DNA of 14,203 nucleotides from Octopus sinensis (Eukaryota): contig NW_021825797.1 in the NCBI RefSeq assembly GCF_006345805.1, positions 1-14,203 on the forward strand, read 5' to 3'. Below the pieces are notes generated by a model that was not told the DNA's origin, did not search any database, and saw only the letters and a program-made list of their open reading frames with translations. Numbering within the stretch: position 1 is the first letter of the stretch; each line of letters begins with the position of its first letter. Below, one piece after another: positions 9,163 to 14,203 of this stretch. The translations under genes were made by a program, and so were the position numbers.

Positions 9163-9407
9163 GCATATTCATTCACATATACACATATATATACATGGTT
9201 CAAATTTATCAAAACACCCCAGTTTGACCCTGGCTGAATTTCCCACTCGCTTGGACTTACATATCTTAACTATTTCCAGACGTTTCAGAATCTCTCCTCA
9301 TACACATACCAGCGCTGCACCCGGATTACCACTGGATCTTCGTATCCTTTTGAACTCTAGTTTCACGGATCTCACAAGCAACTTTCGTATATGTATACAT
9401 GGATAAG

Positions 9408-9725
9408 AGGCACTCCGTCGGTTACGACGTTGAGGGTCCAAGCTGATACAATCAACGAAACAGCTTGCTCGTGAAATTAACGTGCAAAGTGGCTGAGTAC
9501 TACACAGACACGTGTACCCTTAATGTAGTTCTCAAGCAGATTCAGCGTGACACAGAGTGTAACAAGGTTGGCCCTTTGAATTACGGGTACGAACTCATTT
9601 TTGCCAGCTGTAGTGGACTGGAGTAATGTTTTCTTGCTCAAGGACAAAACGTGTCACCGGGAATTGAACTCACGACCTTACGATTGTGAGCCGAATACTA
9701 TAATCACTAAACCACGCACCTTCAC
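9408..9725 (-). mobile_element. SINE family C (tRNA-derived head), apparently full length
   Basis: The minus strand reads GTGAAGGTGCGTGGTTTAGTGATTATAG (A-box-like)...GGTCGTGAGTTCAATTCCCGG (B box)...TGTCCTTGAGCAAG (typical post-tRNA SINE core motif), ending ...CGTCGTAACCGACGGAGTGCC. Confidence 0.8.
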
Positions 9726-9830
9726 TATACATGGATAGTAATGACTGCATGCGCATGCTCCATCTCAGGAAGATCTAGTGTCATTCTGAGATGTGGTGGT
9801 ATCTAGAACAGCGCAGCTGCAATGTAATAT

Positions 9831-10306
9831 AGTGTGTAGATGTGATTGTGTGTCTGTGAATGTGTGTGTGTTTGTGTGTATGTGAGTGTGTAGGTGTGAT
9901 TGTGTGTCTGTGAATGTGTGTGTATTTGTGTGTGTGAGTGTGTGTATGTGTGAGAGTGTGTTTGTGTGTATGTGGGGGGTGTATGTGTGTGTGAGTGTGT
10001 GTGTTTGTATGTGTGAGTGTGTGTGTGAGAGTGTGTGTTTGAGTGTGTGTTTGTTTGTGTGTGTGTGTCTGAGTGTGTGTATGTGTGTGTGTTTGTGTAT
10101 GTGTGAGTGCGTATGTGTTTGTGTGTGTTTGTGCGTTTGTTTGTTTGACTGTATGTGTGTATGTGTGTGTGTTTGTTTATGTGTGAGTGCGTGAATGAGT
10201 GTGTGTGTGTATGTGTGTGTGCATGCTTGTGTGTGTATATGTGTGTATACGTGTGTAAGTGTGTGCGTCTTTGTGAGTGTGTGTGTATGTGTGTGTGTTT
10301 GCGTGT

Positions 10307-10345
<39 letters not shown>

Positions 10346-10358
10346 TGTGTGTGTGTGT
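9831..10358. repeat. Long degenerate (GT)n tract
   Basis: Directly visible. It is the source of the HTHT and CVCV ORFs. Confidence 0.96.
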
Positions 10359-10652
10359 AACCTTTCTAAGACATATGATACCACATATGGAACCCTCTCG
10401 ATGGTTTTTTTGCAAGAATTATACTACATCAATGTCAGTAAGGGAAGCTAAAACTCATTTGCTTTCATCTTCTGCAGGGAGGTTCTTAAAAACCTGTGTA
10501 AGAAAAACATTGGCCCCGCCAGCTTGATACACGAGATCGGCTGAGAATTTTAAGAGCATCACTTTTGTCTAAGAACCAAAGAATACAAGAAGTGGCTCTC
10601 ACCAGAAAAGAAAAAAAGAAAAAGAAAAAAAATCCATTGGATGCTGAGATGA

Positions 10653-10729
10653 AATTATTGATGTACGCTTTTCTTTGCAATAAATGAAGTGCGAGTATTG
10701 GATGGCATCGGCAATGATGATGACGACGA
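10653..10729 (+). repeat. Short duplicated non-coding motif, copy 2
   Basis: Matches 7626-7696, and both copies are preceded by AATTATTGA..CGCT. Confidence 0.9.
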
Positions 10730-11043
10730 CAATGATGACGATGACGACGACGACGAGGACGATGATGATGATGATGACGACGACGACGACGACGACGACG
10801 ATGATGATGATGATGATGATGATGATGACGATGACGACGACGACGAGGAGGTAGGGGATGAGTGGGAGAAGAAAAGAAGAAGAGGATGAAGAGGAAGAAG
10901 GAGATGAAGAAGAGGAGGAAGAAGAAGAAGAAGAAGAAGAAGAAGAAAAGAAGAAGAAGAAGAAGAGAGAAGAAGAAGAAGAAGAAGAAGAAGAAGAAGA
11001 AGAAGAAGAGAAGAAGAAGAAGAAGAAGAAGAAGAAGAAGAAA
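10714..11043. repeat. (GAT/GAC)n followed by (GAA)n
   Basis: Directly visible. Confidence 0.95.
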
Positions 11044-11518
11044 GCACGCAATTTCTTCGTGTTTCTGCTAATCCCTGAAATAGAAAGTGCTGGTTGACGA
11101 ACGGGTTAGAGAAAAGAAAGACGCCTTGGGCTGTGGCGAAGAGTCTCTCATCAATAATTTTGTCTTTAGAAAGCGACGTAACATCGCTGAAATTTATTGC
11201 TTGCGTAGTGAGATTACAAAAAGCTGTCTGAATCTATGTCTCGTTCGTGGATATTCGAGACATTACGACTTAGCAGATTGCTTTTGATGGTTCTCGTAAA
11301 AGACTGGCTTACAATATAAGATTACACAGCTAAAATGCGAAGCAACTAATATAGTCGCAAACAGAAATAGGTCATCGACGGCATATTCCAAGCTGACAGT
11401 TTTCGGCCTCTAAGTTCGTCCTGGCAGTTGACCCCTTGCATATCCCAGTTAAGGGTACATGATAGGATCTTACAGTTGAGAGTTGTAACTGGGGAAAACG
11501 GGTTTATTATAGTATAAT

Positions 11519-11618
11519 AAGGTAAGGTCGACCTCAGCGAAATTTATATTCAGAACGTAAAGCCAGATTAAATGTCAGCGTTTTCCCGGCGTGCCAACAA
11601 CTCTGCTAGTTCGCCGCA
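11519..11618 (-). mobile_element. SINE family B 5' fragment
   Basis: AAGGTCGACCTCAGCGAAATTTATATTCAGAACGTAAAG...CCCGGCGTGCCAACAACTCTGCTAGTTCGCCGC is the reverse complement of the family B head. Confidence 0.75.
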
Positions 11619-11622
11619 CTCA

Positions 11623-11630
11623 ATACTACA

Positions 11631-11693
<63 letters not shown>

Positions 11694-11730
11694 GCTACTA
11701 CTATTTCTAATAATAATAATAATAATAATA
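11623..11730. repeat. (CTA)n then (TAA)n microsatellite
   Basis: Directly visible. Confidence 0.95.
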
Positions 11731-11885
11731 AGCTTCGATAATTAGCATCCGGGTAACAACGCATATATTTTGCGGAAAGAGACCCTGTGAGACCTATGAC
11801 AGCAGGCTGCTGTCCGCTCTCAGAATCAACCAGAGCAAACGAAACCGAGCGCTGTGAGAAGTAAAGCCATAATGATAATAATAAT

Positions 11886-12558
11886 AACGTAAAGTGTACT
11901 AGCCATCTCAATGTGACTAGCCACTGGGGGTGGGTGTTACTGAAGCTTTTAGCCCCAGGAGGCAAAAACCTCGAAACTATAGTCCGTATGTATCACTTAG
12001 GTTTTGCGAGAGGGGATGACCTCCTTTTGCGAATATCAGAAGGCAACAGAAAGTGTGTCTAAAGCCAGCTGGAGACGATGATCTCCTGGGGCTAAAAGCT
12101 TCAGTAACACCCACCCCAGTGGCTAGCCACATTGAGATGGCTAGTACACTTTACGTTGTCGAGCGGTTACTGTTTACATCTCGTTCGGAGATTTATTAAT
12201 GCTTTCAGGCAGTTTTTCGAAATCAGTGACAGTGGTTGCTGGGAAAAACATTAAATAGATATTCGCAAAAAGGTCTCCCCAATCGAAAACCGGCGATTAC
12301 CATACGTTGACGAGAGGCAAAAACCTCGAAACTATAGTCCGTATGTATCACTTAGGTTTTTCGAGAGAGGATGACCTCCCTTTGCGAATATCAGAAGGGC
12401 ACAGAAAGTGTGTCTAAAGCCAGCTGGAGACGATGATCTCCTGGGGCTAAAAGCTTCAGTAACACCCACCCTTAGTGGTTAGCCATATTGAGATGGCTAG
12501 TATACTTTACGTTGTCGAGCGGTTACTGTTTACATCTCGTTCGGAGATTTATTAATGC
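11886..12558 (+). mobile_element. Hammerhead-containing non-autonomous retroelement (retrozyme / Penelope pseudo-LTR-like): 355-bp-period partial tandem with a 5' inverted arm
   Basis: Direct repeats at 11959-12202 and 12314-12558 differ at about 10 positions in ~245 bp. 11886-11961 is the reverse complement of 12083-12157. A hammerhead lies at 12301-12345 with its 3' half repeated at 11959-11990. (TAA)n flanks both sides and there is no ORF. Confidence 0.8.
12301..12345 (+). ncRNA. Minimal type I hammerhead ribozyme (core variant UUGACGA)
   Basis: Stem I CATACG / core TTGACGA / stem II GAGG-CAAAAA-CCTC / GAAA / stem III C-TATA-G / TC (cleavage triplet GUC, 12337-12339) / stem I' CGTATG. All core positions are canonical except C3, which is U. 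Confidence 0.85.
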
Positions 12559-12583
12559 GATAATAATAATAATAATAATAAAA

Positions 12584-12826
12584 ATAATATGCGCATTAGG
12601 TATGATAAAAAAATATTCAGACAAATACATAACAAAAACACCAGGACTTACAACTATATATAACATAGAGAAAATTGCACTACTGGGCACTGCACATATC
12701 GTATGCAAAACGCTTTCATTACAGTAAGAATAAGAGCATCACAGCAAACCCCAGCACATACCCAAGGCACACAGAGGTGCGCTCCGTAGTGAAGAGAAAG
12801 CACGCTATAATAATAAAACTACTGAA
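12584..12826 (+). mobile_element. 5'-truncated R4/Dong-type (RLE) non-LTR retrotransposon: ORF C-terminus and 3' UTR
   Basis: IICALGMIKKYSDKYITKTPGLTTIYNIEKIALLGTAHIVCKTLSLQ* (stop ends at 12727) matches the (I/V)IGALG...QK..LLGTA.ILR..L C-terminus of R4/Dong ORFs. It is flanked by (TAA)n, the known Dong target. Confidence 0.8.
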
Positions 12827-12879
12827 TACTACTACTACTGCTACTATTACTACTACACTACTACTACTACTACTACTAC

Positions 12880-12928
<49 letters not shown>
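12827..12928. repeat. (TAC)n/(TAA)n microsatellite tail
   Basis: Directly visible. Confidence 0.93.
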
Positions 12929-12929
<1 letters not shown>

Positions 12930-13155
12930 GCTTCACGTTTTGGCACAAAGCCAGCAATTGTAGGGAGAGATGATAAAACGATTACATCGACCCCCCCCCC
13001 AGTGCGCAAATGGCACTTATTTTATCCATCCGAAGTAGATGAAAGGTACAGTCAGCCACGGCAGATTTTGACCTGAGAACGAAAAGAGCCGTAGCAAATA
13101 TCGTTATGTATTTTGTCCGTACAAATACCACACTGTATTACACTCACCTCGCCAC
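12929..13155 (-). mobile_element. Diverged SINE family B copy
   Basis: TTTTGGCACAAAGCCAGCAATT...CGATTACATCGACCCC..CAGTG...TGGCACTTATTTTATC...GATGAAAGG...CTGAGAACG is the reverse complement of family B. Confidence 0.72.
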
Positions 13156-13571
13156 ATCTATAACTATTTTCCAATTCTTTAATTTTCTCATCCATTGTCT
13201 TTTGATGCATCAGTATTTTCATCACTTGCTCTCTGAAGAAGTAATAAAACCCGAAGCGTTATCATTTTTTCATTTGCCACCGTAGAAACATATTTCTTTA
13301 ACAAAATCTCTATTAGAGACGGAAGTAGTATTTGTACCGAGAAGTAATGTTCATCGCCACCTAAACATGGTTGTTCAATAGGAACAGACAATACTGCTAT
13401 TTTAAACCCGGGTTGTTTGTTGTTTTTACACTGTTATTATTGTTATTTAATCATTTTATTCCTTTCTTTTTCTCGTATGTAATGCTGGAATTAAAAATGG
13501 CGATGAAGAGTATTTGGTCGAAGGGGGAGGTGAGTGATTTTCATGACCATCGTAGTAGTAGTAGTAGTAGT

Positions 13572-14203
13572 CGTCGATGCCTCCACCAAATTTGGAAGTG
13601 GTCTAACGATTGGGACCTGTGTCTGAACGTGTCAAAGTGCTGTCATCTGCCTGTCGGCTCTACTCCTGCAACTCAACTTGATTTCGAGCCGGGTCGTCTG
13701 CTGCTGGAGAGGACCGATCAGGTAAAGGACCTGGGTATCTTGGTGGATTCCTCCTTTTCGCCTTCGGCCCAGTGCGTCCATGCTGCCAACAAAGCGCGAG
13801 GAATTCTGTTTTTGATTCGACGGTCATTCGGAATGCTCACAGGCAGCATATTCCTGCCACTCTATGTCACACTGGTGAGACCCATATTGGAGTATGGGAT
13901 TCAAGCCTCTTCTCCTTATCTCCTCAAGACATACAGCACCTCGAAAGAGTCCAGAGGCTGGCTACCGCATGGTTCATGGTCTCAAAAATTTGTCCTACGA
14001 AGAAAGGCTGAGGACGCTCGACCTTTGTTCTCTTGAAAACGCCGCCGCCGTGGTGATCTCATTCTCGCCCAGAACATCATAAGCGGGAAGTGTAACCTCT
14101 CGAAAGAGCTGTTCTTAACTCCTGCTCCGGAGCGTCGGCTGCGGGGTCATTCCGAAAAGCTCTAACCTGCGACGATTTCATCTCAATCGAAGGAGAGGAG
14201 CTT
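13572..14203 (+). mobile_element. 5'-truncated CR1-group LINE, ORF2 RT C-terminal region, frameshifted, continuing past the window
   Basis: Joined frames give WKWSNDWDLCLNVSKC...VKDLGILVDS...KARGILFLIRRSF...LYVTLVRPILEYG...SPYL/DIQHLERVQRLAT/RMVHGLKNLSYEERLRTLDL.SLE/RRRRGDLI...RLRGHSEKL/LRRFHLNRRRGA. LERVQR, SYEERL, RRxRGDLI and RGH are hallmark CR1-type motifs. Confidence 0.92.

Noticed and set aside
9640-9725. tRNA-like sequence on the minus strand
   Set aside because: It is the head of a SINE, continuing into the SINE body, and I could not build a complete cloverleaf.
10460-10503. Possible 20-nt micro-exon (polypyrimidine-CAG / GGAGGTTCTTAAAAACCTGT / GTAAGA)
   Set aside because: The donor context is weak, the length is not frame-preserving and there are no neighbouring exons. 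It is expected by chance without RNA evidence.
938-11097. Numerous ORFs rich in HT, CV, YI, poly-V, poly-G, poly-D, poly-E, poly-K, poly-S or poly-I
   Set aside because: They are translations of di-, tri- and tetranucleotide microsatellites that lack stops, with no domain content or splice evidence.
11172-11264. Small hairpins (AGCGA/TCGCT and ATGTCTCG/CGAGACAT) as a miRNA or structured RNA
   Set aside because: Stems of 5-8 bp are too short for a pre-miRNA, and I recognised no known mature miRNA.
13371-13571. N-terminal part of the 221-aa ORF 13371-14036
   Set aside because: It is AT-rich flank and (GTA)n read-through upstream of the 5' truncation point. Only the sequence from ~13572 is LINE-derived.

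Overview
Repeat-dense, non-coding animal genomic DNA with no recognisable host protein-coding gene. The SINE families and extreme microsatellite load resemble Octopus/coleoid cephalopod DNA (my inference, not a database result). Most ORFs in the supplied track are microsatellite artefacts. Real coding remnants are a decayed Penelope-like RT (1-609, minus), a rearranged mariner transposase (2011-2707), an R4/Dong-type LINE 3' end (~12584-12826) and a CR1-group LINE ORF2 3' part (13572-end). There are also three tRNA-derived SINE families and two TTAA-flanked piggyBac-like non-autonomous elements. The most notable structure is at 11886-12558: a non-coding partial tandem with a 355-bp period and a 76-bp inverted arm, carrying a minimal type I hammerhead ribozyme (12301-12345) on a long extended stem I and sitting in a (TAA)n tract. 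This is the architecture of a retrozyme or Penelope pseudo-LTR element.
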